Shown one piece after another: positions 24,724 to 37,900 of a DNA stretch of 51,348 nucleotides. Made by a program: the position numbers and the translations under genes. The number at the start of each line of letters is the position of its first letter. Position 1 is the stretch's first letter. The stretch is from Spongospora subterranea f. sp. subterranea (taxonomy: Eukaryota), in NCBI GenBank assembly GCA_049724395.1, contig JAUGWO010000035.1, positions 62,001 through 113,348 on the forward strand. The letters are read 5' to 3'. The notes beneath the pieces were generated by a model, which worked only from the letters and a program-made list of their open reading frames with translations, ran no database searches and had not been told where the DNA came from.

Positions 24724-27480
24724 TGTTCAGAAACAAACCCTTCCTATTTTCTCGATCGATCATCGTTGTCTTTGATTTCGGTCAAATTTCAACTCAATCC
24801 ATCCGTTGGCTTCTCTTATCGCTTCTACTCACACATACGTGATCTAATAATTGCTTTTGTTCTGGTCACTCAACGGGCAAACAGAGACTTAAGTTGGAGC
24901 TGGCACGACGGTAGACATCGGGTTGACTTCCTCTCCAACACACCCCCTCAACCGGACGTCTGTCATGCCCATGGCGGTCCTGCACCATTTGAACTTCCAG
25001 ACACAAATAGGCTTCGTCAAATAATCTGCAATCATCAGATCGGTTCGACAGTATTGTAGTTGAATGGTTTTGACCTCGATCTTGTCCCTGGTGAAGTGAT
25101 ATCTGACCTGGATATGTTTGGTCTTTGCGTCTGATCGTCTATTCCTAGCGACCGCCTGGCTTCCTTGATTATCTCCCAGAATCGTAATCGGACCTAATCT
25201 GCCAATCACTTCTGAAAGAAATTGCTGTAGCCATGCTGCTTCTCTTGCTGTAGCGCATTGCGCCATATACTCCGCCTCCAAAGCGGATAGTGCTGTAGAA
25301 CGTTGCCGTTGACTCTTCCATGCTACCGGGCCATTTGACATCCGAAACACATATCCGCTTGTACTGCGACGTTGATCTGGATCTCCTCCCCAATCTGAAT
25401 CAGTTGATCCTTCAATATCTTGGTCCCCACTGTACTTGATGCCCCACGTCTTGGTGCTCTTCAGATAGCGTAAGACCCGCTTGGCTGCTTTCCAATGTTG
25501 TAAATCTGGATTATGCATAAATCTACACAGTTGTGACACAATGTACGTAATGTCCGGACGAGTTCTTGTCGAAAGAAAATTGAGACCGCCCACCAGTTCT
25601 GCATAGGGAACTCCTGTCATATCTTGCTTATCACGATCAGTGATGGGACACATATCTTCAGATAGATATAATCCAGGCTGATGAGGAGTTGTCACTTCCT
25701 TACAGTGCACCAAATTGAATCGAGTCAGCAGTTCGTCGATGTAAATCTCCTGATCCAGGCACACAGAGTTATTTATCACATCCTGGTTGACCCATATTCC
25801 CAACAGCTGAACAGGAGCTCCTAGATCCTTCACACCAAAACTGTTGTCCAGCTTTTCAATGATATCTGTCAACTTTTCATCATTATTATGAGCAAAAAGC
25901 ATGTCGTCAACATGTAAAGATAATAGTATGATGTTTTCGTCATTGATAAGATAGTATAGACAAGGATCAACGTCGGCACGTGTGAAATGTAGATGATCAA
26001 CCAGATAGGTATTGAGCTTCGTGTTGAATAGTTACTCGGGCTGTTTCATGTAAATTTCGAAATCAATGTCACCACATAGAAACGCATTAAGAACATCAGC
26101 TTGCCTCAATTTCAAACGGTATTTCACTGCTAATGCCATAATCATCCTTTGCGTGTCGTTATGAGCAACTGGTGCCAAGGTATCGTCATAATCAATTCCC
26201 GGTCGTTGGGAAAACCAAATAACAACTAACCGAGCCTTAAACTTATTGATATATCCACACGAATTCGCCTTAACAGAATATACCCACTTGCTGTCAATCA
26301 TTTTTCTTCCGTGTGGCAAACTCATAAGAAAATATGTATGTCGTGCGCGAATAGACTCCATCTCCTTGTTGGCTGCATTTCGCCAATATTGGCCATACTC
26401 GGAATCATTTACCGCGGCAGACAGCGTACTTGGAATTGGAATGGAGGATGCAATGATTTCTGGCAGCTGTGGTAGTTGGCTGATCGAAGTATGATTACAT
26501 ACAGCTATTGCCCCCTAAAATGCTGGATTGGCACAGTAATGTCGAGCGCGACCAAGTTGTTGGTGTTGTTCAGTTGCTCTGTCGATCGATTCCATGCAAG
26601 AATCATAATCCCATCTCGGGCTAGTTATGTCGACAGAACATACCATAACATGATGATTCTCGGGCGCCGAATTCTGATCAGTTCCGATTGATGAAGTGAA
26701 ACCATATCGAATAGGTGGATTTCGTGTTCGTGTCACTTGTAATACATGTTGTTATATTGATCATTGTTCGTGTCACTTGTAATACATGTTGTTATATTGA
26801 TCATTGTTCGTGTCACTTGTAATACATGTTGTTATATTGATCATTGTTCGTGTCACTTGTAATACATGTTGTTATATTGATCATTGTTCGTGTCACTTGT
26901 AATACATGTTGTTATATTGATCATTGTTCGTGTCACTTGTAATACATGTTGTTATATTGATCATTGTTCGTGTCACTTGTAATACATGTTGTTATATTGA
27001 TCATTGTTCGTGTCACTTGTAATACATGTTGTTATATTGATCATTGTTCGTGTCACTTGTAATACATGTTGTTATATTGATCATTGTTCGTGTCACTTGT
27101 CATTTGAAAGATTTCGCACAAGCGTTGTTCAATTGTTCGTGTCACCTACTGTTTTTCATTGTTCGTGTCACTTGTCGTTGAAAGATTGTTTTCGCACAAG
27201 CGTTGTTCAATCCCTACTGTTTTTAAACCTAGCTCACAACCAACGCTGCTTCACGATGGTGAAGGGTTCAGTTACCGCAGATGGTCGTTTTTCTTTTATG
27301 TCCTGATGATCGGGCACAGGTGTTGTGCAATGATCCTGCGTATCCCAAGATACGCAAGTTAGAAACGCAACTAGGCATTCCAGGCCATTCGAATCATGCA
27401 CAATTAAGCCAAGAAAATTCACCTTTTGGAAAGGTGAGCATCTCAATAATTCGGTGAGTGATTCCAGTAACACCCGATGT
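24724..27480 (-). mobile_element. Decayed Ty1/Copia element: integrase remnant, RT, RNase H, PPT and 3' LTR
   Basis: KWVYSVK...KFKARLV, QRPGIDYDDTLAPV, LHVDDML, PYAELVGGL...TRPDI, AKRVLRYLK, TDSDWGG, SALEAEY, KTKHIQVRYHFTR and MIADYLTKP. PPT GAGGGGGTG is followed by TGTTGG at 24940; the LTR probably ends near 24724. There is an internal deletion after KQPE. Confidence 0.93.
26726..27100. repeat. Tandem minisatellite, 40-bp unit, about 9 identical copies, with degenerate related units to about 27230
   Basis: TCATTGTTCGTGTCACTTGTAATACATGTTGTTATATTGA repeated without mismatch. Confidence 0.98.
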
Positions 27481-27929
27481 TAGGATATACGGGCGTCGCG
27501 GCCAACTGGCAGACGAATTCATGTTGTCGATGATTGCTTCGAAACCAAGAAGCAATCGCTTCTCGCTCCACGCGATCATTTGTTGGCCGAACCAGCTTTG
27601 ACCGTCGTTTGAAGGCGTTGGACCAACAATTACTGCAACTGGATGGGCTCAATAGCGCCCATATGACAGCAAATGGGTTCTCAGATCCCGATCTCAACTA
27701 TATCACGTCTGTGGTTCAGTTGCTGCGAGGGGTTGGCGACGTGATGAACAATTAGGTCCTAGGGGGTTCCCATACGGCTTGCACCGGTTAGCCACCGACT
27801 TGCTCGACCCGTCACTAGATCAAGACACAGGATCGGCTCTGTGTTTCTAATCTTGAGATCACTACGAACCTGCTGGAGAATGTTGCCTTAAACGGCAATA
27901 CGTTTTTTCCAGCAGCGATCTTGGAACGG

Positions 27930-28311
27930 TATACCAATTCAGTGAATGGTAAACCAGAACTTCTGGTTCACTGGCGTGGTTTTGAAATACTCGCGGTCGA
28001 CAAACAGACGTGTGATGCCGAAAGTCAAGTTCAAAGAGTTCTGGTTTTTTTAAACCAAGGATCAGCAAGGGTAAGTCGTAGGGTGCCTGCTCTCAGTTAA
28101 TATGTCATAAAGAAGGTCGAATTACCCGGCAGGTAATACACTCCTCCCGTTAAAACGACACCATAACAATTTTGACAGCGGTGAAAAAAAGGCTTGAGCC
28201 GTATCTTGAACATCTTCGGCAATGATTTCGTGCGGATCTCTAGGGAGCATCGGAAACTTCAAAACCACACCAGTGAACCAGAAGTTCTGGTTTAACCATT
28301 AACTGAATTGG
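27930..28311. mobile_element. Two inverted Gypsy chromodomain fragments; the minus-strand copy is followed by a PPT and LTR start
   Basis: The plus strand at 27940-27986 reads SVNGKPELLVHWRGFE. 28258-28311 is its near-perfect reverse complement, continuing on the minus strand to GGGAGGAG (PPT) and TGTATT at 28140. Confidence 0.75.
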
Positions 28312-29965
28312 TGTACTACAGCCAGCCCTTAGTACAGCCATACAACTAGCCCTCTGTACTCTCAGTCCTATAACGACAACATTATGTCCCTTGATAATAA
28401 ATCACTCTGATTATAAGCTCTTAAGAACTTGTGTAAACCTTTGTTTACAGACCTTCACCTGTACCACTGGCTTTACTTTCCAAAGTCAGTACAAAACGTT
28501 TTTACTGGTAACCAACCGCTCGGTAGCTTTTTACTGACGTTTGAGGCCAATGGTGAACACTCGAGGCCACACTGATCCTGAAGTGACTGAATCTCAGACA
28601 AACAGCTCTACAAGCGGTACTGAAACTCCTACTATCAGTCAATTTGCTATATCTGGCAGATCGCCTGTATTTTTTCCTGTAGAAGCCCCCAAACTCAAAA
28701 ATTTTGATCCTAAATCAATCGCAAATTTCCTTAGACAACGATCCGCTTACGAGTCACTTGTCGCAGAACGACGTCAGACACATGGCGAATCTATCACTGC
28801 TGTTTCCATCAAAAGCGCAATTGATCCTATTCGCCTAAAAACATTTGCAAAGTTTAAAATCGGTAAAAGAGGTGACATCAGTTCTCATTCAAAACAATTC
28901 CTGAAAGCCACATCCGTTTCTGGCGGCATTGATATTGACCGACGAATTCAGTCCGAAGTCATGATGGACATGCGACTAAAAGATCCTCAAGATCGCACTA
29001 TTGCTCTTTTCTCCAAGATGGATGAACTTTTAGAAGACCTTGGGATCGCTGATTTATTCGTCGACGAGAAAGGTATAAAACAGAAAATCAAATATCTCAT
29101 CAACGGCATTCGACCTTATAGTTTGAAAACAATGGTCGAACACGCTCTCGAGTTTACCTCTGAATCGCAAACGGCCCGAAAAGACGAAGCCGCATTCTAC
29201 AAATTAGTTCTTTCCAAGGCGAAATCACAACAAGAAGTCCATTCCATTCAAATGGGAACACAAGATCGTAAACCAAATTTCCCCACAACTACTGTACAGG
29301 ATCAACCAGATCACTATTTCCATCTCAACCAAGTACAAGTAAATCTACATCTAGAGAACAATTCCAAAAACCCGCTACCTCTTTCTCTGGGCGAACTACT
29401 AAAGGAGGACGTGTTATACCGAAAACCGTCTCAGAAAAGTTTCTGTCGCGTCCACCCCCTATAAACGGTTGTTTAGTATGCAAGGGACCGCATTGGGTAC
29501 AAGTTTGTGACACAGCGACGTCCGAACAAGTAAAAGCTGCCTACGACAACTTGAAATTGAAACGAAGAGAACCCCAGTTGAAAGCACTACATAACATATT
29601 AGAAAAAAACGTCGTGGAGAGCGACCAAGTCACATTCCAAAACAAGATTTCATTTCCATTTTGAACCAGACAATGGCGCGTCAAAGACGACGTTATCAGC
29701 CAAAATGTTGTCTTCGATATCTGCGTTAGCGCCTGTGATGATACGAACTCTCGATCCTCCGCTAACTTGCAAACTTGCTACCATAAGTCATTCGACGACG
29801 ATGTCTAAAACCGCTTATCTCGATCTTACTCTTTCATTGCTGGCAGGAACCGTAAATTTTCGAAACATTGAATGCTATGTCACTGACGAGGACATGGACA
29901 CCGTTTTAATAGGTAAACCCGAACTTTTCAAGTTAGGAATGGATCCCGAAACGACTCTAAGCAAC
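28312..29965 (+). mobile_element. 3'-truncated Gypsy element: 5' LTR (28312-28493), gag, Zn knuckle, protease
   Basis: The LTR is bounded by TGTACT...AGTACA with an internal AATAAA. Gag ORF 28541-29464, knuckle CLVCKGPHWVQVC (about 29470), frameshifted DNGAS and protease end VLIGKPELFKLGMDP. Confidence 0.85.
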
Positions 29966-30874
29966 CATACATGCTGTTCTATTGTACCAACACAAGTAAA
30001 CACATCCCAGGTCTCCCATTTATGTTGATATACAACAATCTCGCGTCCTTTTCGCTGCTGCAGACAATAAATTTGGCACGTTGTTGTTTATCGTTATAAT
30101 GGGCAATTGGTCCCTTGATTCAAATGCCTTGTCCACTGGAGCTCTCCGTTGGCAACAGGACAATAGTATGTGGATAAATCGCGTCATGAAGTTTCCGTTG
30201 AATTTCTAATATGGGATTGAACCGATGAATCACTTTTCAGTCCAACAACATTATCGATTGACGGCGTCATCCTCTTTATTTCGAGCATCTCTCCATTGAT
30301 GGACCATCATCAATATTGATGAACGACGTGGAGGTTAATTGAGATGTTTACCCATCGTGTCGTTGATTTTGATATTGAACATGTCCCTCTGGCATTATTC
30401 ATTGTATATCAAATCACGTTCAGCTTAATCTGTTAATATACCAAGTTTCGGGCAAGATCAGGATTCGTGTCGGATCTCTTGTACAGCATTGATTAGATCA
30501 GAAATCTGATCGATTTAATGTGTCAAGGGGTAGGTATCTGTAGGTATCTTCAAGACGTGCCAGAATGGCAATTTAACCTTCAAAGCGTCACATCTTGACA
30601 GTTGTTCAACTCTGACCAGGCCTTGGATTCTCTCATCGATTTTTCCGCGCGAAAACAATACAACGACTTTACTATTCGTTGCCATTAGGACCTGCTCGTT
30701 TTTGTGAATCGACAACGAACGCGGACCACGAGACATTTTCTGATTAGGATCGATCGTACACCAAATGGGGGACCCGCTCAATTTATGGTTTTATGGGTAC
30801 CTAATGCGGTTTTATGGTTAAAGGGCAATTCAGTTATCACCTCATCGTTCAAGGAAGACGGTGCCGTGTTGATC

Positions 30875-31908
30875 ATGGATCACCTGCAAGATCAATTCCT
30901 GGTCAATGTATTCGTGGCCAACACATTATCATTCGTGACGTCAATCGGATTCACCGTCCAACTTGCCTATAATACCTGGTTCCGGGATAAGAGCAAGCCA
31001 CGATTAGTTGTTATTGAGTTGGCTGTTATTGACTTCATCACAAGCGCCATGGCCGCTTTTGCCCTCTTCCTCCCTTTTATCGACACGTCATTCTGTCCAT
31101 ATTTTCTCTTTGCCGAAACAATGTGTATGTGGATTGTTGTTGCATCGCCGTGTATCTGGTCATGATTGGAGTAATTCAGATACGAATGCGACCCATCAGC
31201 TATTTCTTAATCGGGTTGCTTGCGTGTTCTACAACCTTCATCCCAAAATTCAGAACCGATTGAGCATTGCTCTAATGGTATTTGTGTATTATCTCAGGGG
31301 AACGCTTTCTCATTGCAGAGATCCATCAGGTATTCTATTTAGGAGGGATCGCATCGACCCTGAGTCAGACCATCTTCAATATAACAATAATAGCGATGCC
31401 AACAGCAAGGAATGAGCTCACCTGTGTATTTGAGATATCTAACCCAACAGGGATCGCTGGCGCCATCACTCACCTGGTTACTGGATTGGCCCTTTTATCC
31501 CTGATATTCTCCTCCATCTATATGTTGACAAAAGGTGTCTCGGGATTTATAGAGTTTCGTAAACAATCGGCCAAGACGACTGCGGATAACAAATCGACAT
31601 TTTTATTGCTGAAGTTGGTGTTCGTGAAGATGGGTCTTGATCTGGTTCTAATATTATATGATGGACTATCAATATTCCTGGGATTACATGTTGAGGACGT
31701 CAGGTTCACTGTTCGTGTTATCACACGATTTGTGTCGTTCGCTCTAGCGACCATCATAGTCATGAAGATTTCGGCTAAAACCAAGTTGGTTCAAACTGTG
31801 TTGACGAGCAAGATGGGGCCACGTTTTAATACAAGTTCCGACGCTGGTGGACAAAAACTCACCGTTAGCAATACAGGTAATGAAAATCAAACCGATGCAA
31901 GAATATAA
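30875..31908 (+). CDS. Orphan multipass (about 7 TM) membrane protein, intron-containing
   Basis: ATG at 30875 (MDHLQDQF). Successive hydrophobic segments run across ORFs 30704-31165, 31008-31415 and 31282-31908, followed by a polar C-tail. Confidence 0.65.
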
Positions 31909-32390
31909 ATATTTCTAGAACATCACATTGTGTTGAAGTGCACAAGTAGTCTAACCTGTCATCTTTTGACTAGATCCAGATTTTTCTGAATCAACTCCAA
32001 GGACAAATGTACAGTAAATCCATTTTCTTCCAATTTGAATGGCAGATGGTGATGCATTCCCCCTGGATTTTGAGCGATTCAAAACATCATTGGTTTTTAG
32101 CACAGCTCTGTTTAACCGACGAAACCTGCTCGTTGCCATGAAAGTAGACAGGTTCCCCCAGAAATACCATCAACGCTAATATGAATTTTACCACCCCTGG
32201 TCGGTTTGTGTCATGGCGACAGGCGCGTTGATCTCATGTGATTCGACAAGAATCACCACTATCTCACTACAATTTCATCACAAGTACAACAAGGAGAGAC
32301 AGGTCCATGAATTGATTTTAAAAATCACCAGGGTTTTATAAGCTATTTTCATGCACCACACTCTGGTGACTTTTGCCCTATTACGCGGGT

Positions 32391-33497
32391 TTAGTTCTTC
32401 CCACGACCAGGTTTGCCAAGCTTGCGTTTACCTGGGCCAGCATTGCCTTTTTTACCGCCATTTTTAGCGACAGCTGATGACACTGCCTTGGCGGCCACTG
32501 TCTTCTTCACAGCTGGAGCAGCGGTTGATTTCTTTGCTGGAACATCATCCTCCTTTGACGATGAACTTGACGACGCTTTGGCCGGGGCAGCAGTCTGTTT
32601 AGCTTGAACCGATGTAGCTGGAGCGTTGCCTCCCCCATTACCGCATTTGGCCTTGCACTGAGATATTAAACCGGTCAACGGATTGACGTTTTTGTTGGCT
32701 TTGGCGGCAGCTAATAGCTGAGCGGCATCGGCATTTGACACTTGGAATAAAGCAGCAATGTCATTGGCATTCATGTTGGCGAGATTGGCTTCTGGAATAT
32801 CAGCTTTGGCCAATGTACTGGACACAGCTGCAAAGAATTGACCAGGAACACAACCCTGGTTAATCTCGAAATGAACCCTAATGGCAATGGCAATTATTGA
32901 GACAATGGATAACGATCATTGGTAATAACGATTATTAACAATAACCAGCACAACAGATAACATGACCATTCAGCGCCTTTCATGATGGTAATTGGCCATC
33001 GAAAACCGGCGACCAGAACAAACATGAACATGACGTTTTGAAAATCCATCCCAATAAAATAAATAGAGTTGATTGCCTACGTACATTCCCTTTGGAAAGA
33101 ACGTCCCTTGGTCGAACCCAACATCGTTGAGTAGAATTGGTTTGCCATCGCGGACGACTCCAACAGATGATACCCCCGTTCGTCCAAGTATGAATTCTGG
33201 TGCTGTTGGTGCAACATGCAATGCGCTTGCCGAACAAGGTGCCAAATCCACAACACGATATTGAATCTGTTCAAGCTCCAACAACAAATCCAAGGCGGGC
33301 ATTTCCTTCTCAGTTAATGGTCGTTGTCGGACACCAGCAACGGTTGAATCGCTCGTTGGATTGTTGAAGTCATAGACGAAATCGGCGGCTTTAAATACCT
33401 GTCTCTGCTTGACCATCGACAATGTGTTTGGAACTGCGGGGGCGGCGGCGGACGCCATCGATAGTATTGCAATCAACAATAGTGAACAGGTCAACAT
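32391..33497 (-). CDS. Secreted germin/spherulin-like cupin with Ala/Lys/Ser-rich tail, 2 exons
   Basis: Signal peptide MLTCSLLLIAILSMASA; DFVYDFN, EMPAL, DLAPCSASALHVAPTAPEF. An intron at about 33084-32878 joins FFPKGM|VHFEINQGC to ORF 32391-32825. Confidence 0.85.
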
Positions 33498-33749
33498 GAT
33501 GAATATTGATATGAGGACAACAACCTATTGGAATACGCTTAACATTGCCACCATTATTCCAGAAGGCAAACGAGAATGTCTCTTGATGAATCCGATTGTT
33601 TCCAGATGGAAATGCAAATGGAATCGGAACAATAATCCAGAACAAAGGAACTGCTTTTGCTGGAGGATTCTAGAAATTCCGAACGATATTCCGAATGGAC
33701 GATGTCCCGGTATGACACCAAACCAGGGCATTCATTTCTAAAATTGATC

Positions 33750-34645
33750 ATGAACTCACTGATGATATTGGGGGTTATTGTGGCGAGCATGGCCTTGGTT
33801 GCCCATGGGCAGAATCAAGGCCAAACGCCTGAGTTTTTAAAATCGTTGCAGGCCAGACGTGTCACTGATCCAGGGGCTTTCTTCTACGATTACAACAAAC
33901 CGACGTTCGTGGTGAAAGGCGCTGGTGGTCAAGTACGCCCGTGCTCGATTGATGAATTGCCAACATTGGCTGGCCAAGGTATTATCATTGATGCTATTGT
34001 ATGATATCTATGAGATATTGGTGCAGGAATATCGTTATCTATTGTTGATATGGATCCATGCTCTATCAATCTCCCTCATGTAGGTTATTTCACCCTTTGG
34101 CCAATGCTAATCGCCTATCTCCCAGCGAACTATCAATTTTAATGCCGATATAGATTCATCCTCGCGCAACCGAATTCCTGTTCATTAGCAAGGCCGACGC
34201 CCTGCCCATGTCGATTGGGTTTATTGAAGAAAACGGAGGTCGGATAATAAACAACGAAGTGAAGACGTTGGAGGCGTCAATTTTCCCAATGGCCATGGTC
34301 GGAAACAATTGCCATTATTACATCAACATGCTAAAAAACCAGTTTTCATAGGTTCATTTTGAGTTCAACCCAAGTTGCGAAAAACAGCAGTTCCTGGCAG
34401 CATTCAGCAGCGTATGTCATGATGGGATCTAATGGACCTGTAGTGCTAATGGCGTTTGGATTTGTCAGGATGACCCAGGTGTTGATACATCGTCGACAGC
34501 TGTTATGAAGATGCCTCCCGTGGCCGTCGCAAGCACATTCCAGATATCAATTGCTGAGGCCCAGGCTCTGATTGCCAAACAGCTGGGAAATAACGGGCCA
34601 TTCCCAGGTGAGGCCGAATGCAAGGCACGATGCGGGATTAAATAA
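33750..34645 (+). CDS. Secreted germin/spherulin-like cupin, 5 exons
   Basis: Signal peptide MNSLMILGVIVASMALVAHG; AFFYDYN, ELPTLAGQG, germin box CSINLPH|IHPRATEF, GFIEENGG, FPMAM|VHFEFNPSC, AAFSS|DDPG and C-terminal ECKARCGIK*. Confidence 0.9.
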
Positions 34646-34969
34646 TATGGCATCGGTGACGACGGATGTGCAATAAATGCAGATATAGTGAATGTTGTTG
34701 ATCAATAAACACAACTCCTTTCGAACTGGGTGCTTCGTCATCGACGTTAGAACAATCAGAGGGAAACTTTGAAAAATGATAAACCATGAAAATGTGCTAT
34801 TGACGAAAAAAGGATGGAATAACAATCACGGATGAAATTTCATCAAATGAGTAATATTACACTCAACGTAGAGGCGAATGCTGCTGCGTATAATGGTTTC
34901 CATAAAAGGTCGAGCGGACATGAAAGCAACAACAATGCAACTTCAAAGAGATTGGTTTCCGGTGTATCA

Positions 34970-37900
34970 TCATGTCATCTCAAAATATCGTTGTCGTTCC
35001 CAATCAGTGACAGAGTCTGCGAAGGCATCGTATTCCTGACGATAGAACGTGGCGTAATGGTCAACGACATGATCCCCAAAAGCACGTCGGGTGAATGGAC
35101 TGGCGGCGAAGAGGTCGATGGCTTGCTGTAGAGATCGAGGAACACGGGCGATTTGTTGCGCCTCGTAAATATTACCGGTGAAACACGGAGGCGGCTCGAT
35201 CCTTTCATTTATTCCAGCAAGACCACTCGCCAATGACGCGGCAAATACCAGATAAGGATTAACATCGGCTCCTAACAAAGCCATCAGATCGTTCAACAAT
35301 AGCAGATGATCACAAAGCAGTAAAGAATCTTGGACAAAAGTTGAGAAAAACGGGGATGTAACGAAGACAATAGGGATGCCCAGAGAAGATGATCATCTAA
35401 ACGACCAAAAACAGCCTTGCAAGACCCAATCACGGTTTATAAACTTGCAAGCACAAAAAACGTTGCGAATGAACTATTCTACAAACTATGGAATTGGGAG
35501 GAAAACAAAACCTAAAACAAAACAGTTGCAAATATTATATGCGGTATTGAAACCCTAACCAGGAATCCGGCATTCGATGCGCAGGCTCTTGCCTTTACCA
35601 ACAGCACGATACCCTGCAGTACGGTTATCATACGACCCTGTGAAAACAATTGCGATTAGCAAATGATAGTAACAGCAGCACGAGGCCGCATATTGCGGAT
35701 ATGAACTGTTAACAAAACATATCGTGAGTGGAACAAAAATGGAATCGCATATGGAAATGTGCTCTAAATGGTAAACAAATTACATGCTAGACGGGTCGGA
35801 GCCCAGGATGAGGTCTGGAAGCGCTTGTAAGAATTTACAGTGGGAGCATAAAACGGCATACAATCCGGAGTGTACTTCAGCCACCCTATGTAGGACAAGA
35901 AGATCCCATTGTTAAAATAGAGTCAAAGACGACCGGTCACAACGTGCTTCAGGGCAAAACAGCGCAGCGTTGAATTTTAAAAGGTGAGTATCAGAGAAGT
36001 CAAACGATCATTGATCAACTCAGAAAAATGAGAAACACGACTGAAGAATGTTTACCTGCAAGAAACCACCTGAATTCGTCTGAGCACTTGATGCCGTCGA
36101 GATCATGATCCCCAGCAAATGCGTTAGCAGTCGGGCGACCATCATCGTCCTGTTTCCATAGACTCATGTGAACATGACATCCACTGCCAGTCACGTCTGT
36201 AAAAGGCTTGGCCATGAATGTCACGCTGCAACCTTTGGCATCAGCAATCTCCTTGAGACACTGCTTATAAATGACGTGTCGATCGCTCATCATCTGGAAC
36301 CATGAGAAGATTCAAATATATTTCTTCATCTCAAACCTCAAAAATTGATGAACCGAGTTTGAATAAAGGGCAGTTAAGCAAACGACGAAAAATCAACAAA
36401 ACAAGTTTACAAGTGGGTCCGCATATTTGACGTTGAGTTCGTGTTGCCCAACTCCAGCTTCACCTTTGCTATTCTCGACTGGGATCCCGGACAGCCTGAA
36501 ATCCAAATCAGACACCTGCATTTGATACATTGTGCGATCGCTTGCGTCATTACCGAAGGTGCTTCCGAAATTCAGCAGTGAGATCTTCTTCCCGAGCAGT
36601 CTGTAATAAGTGATAATCTTCAACGTGGTTTGATACAGGGTCGATTGACGATTTCTGGTATCCTGGAGAAAAAAACAATCAGCAACAGATGAGAATAGAT
36701 ACAAGAGTAAAACTTGTTGAACTTGGTGGCCGATCCACAGAGACATGTAAAAACCTGAAATCAAGACTGGAGAAATATCAACGACATAGAAACGAGTGCA
36801 AATTGGTTGAGGTGTAACATAGGACATGTTGAATGACCTGCTTTGAAGGCAGCGTTGTACGACGTGCGATATTGATAATACTCCAACTCTACAGTAAATC
36901 AGATTGGCTAAATTTGACCGATGACAAGGAATATGAGCAGACCTGTGGCTGCTAGAACACCAAACCCTGAGGTCTCAGCGGCCGTGATCTGCCGGCGAAT
37001 TATAGAACGAGGAGCGAATGGAACTGGGCCATGAGTGGCGTTATTGTAATGAACATCGCATACGACAAGCGCTGTGCGATCAAGCCAAGATGCTTGACGC
37101 AAACTCGACAAATCCGGAATCAGATGCATATCTCCATATCCTGACAAGGATATAAGGGTCAAAGATAATGTTTTCGATGGTGGAATCACATCTGTGAGCT
37201 TAATCTACCGTAGAAAGGCACAACAAAAAGCAGCACGTGAAACCAATTGGACCAAATTTAACGATATGATAAAACTCAATAATTCAAGACCCAAGTTTCA
37301 TTTGGATGAACTGAAACAGGAGAAATGATAAATGTAATGCTGGACAGCTAAAATTGAACCAAGCAGCAAGAAAAGAATGGGTGGTAAACCTTTCTCCCAA
37401 TTAGCAAACGCCATTCCTTGAATTGGGGTCATATTCATATCACATGCGAGCAGATAATCGCCTAAGTGAAGATCTAATCAGGCATCGACAGTAGTCATCA
37501 TTGATTGGTTTATACAGACAGCAGTGAGTCCCGTTATTCAAGCAATCATCTACAAAGAAGCCAGCGTCGAATCGTTTTCCCATTAAACGCCCATATATAT
37601 CAGTGAATCCAACAATAACACTGCGAATCTCGTCTTCTGCGAAAAGGAAACAAATATGTGATTACGCGAAAACTTCAAAATACGCGAATGTAAAAACCAA
37701 CTCCCATAAATCAATAATGGAGTAGTTTGACTACAATCAATATAAGATGGGTGGGCTTGAAGGAATTTGTGACAAGAATCAGGCATAGAGAATATACAAA
37801 CAACCGCGTCAGCCAACAATATTTCGAACAGAATAATCGCAACCTTTCGACCTCAATTTAGCGCGTAATCTTACTCTTTACTAATGCAGACAGTTCATTG

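Noticed and set aside
24889..25930. Domesticated RT/RNase H gene (long open frame, HVDD motif)
   Set aside because: The RT has an internal deletion and stop upstream, and the frame runs into the PPT and LTR; it is an ordinary Copia relic.
27004..27362. Short hydrophobic ORFs
   Set aside because: They derive from the 40-bp minisatellite.
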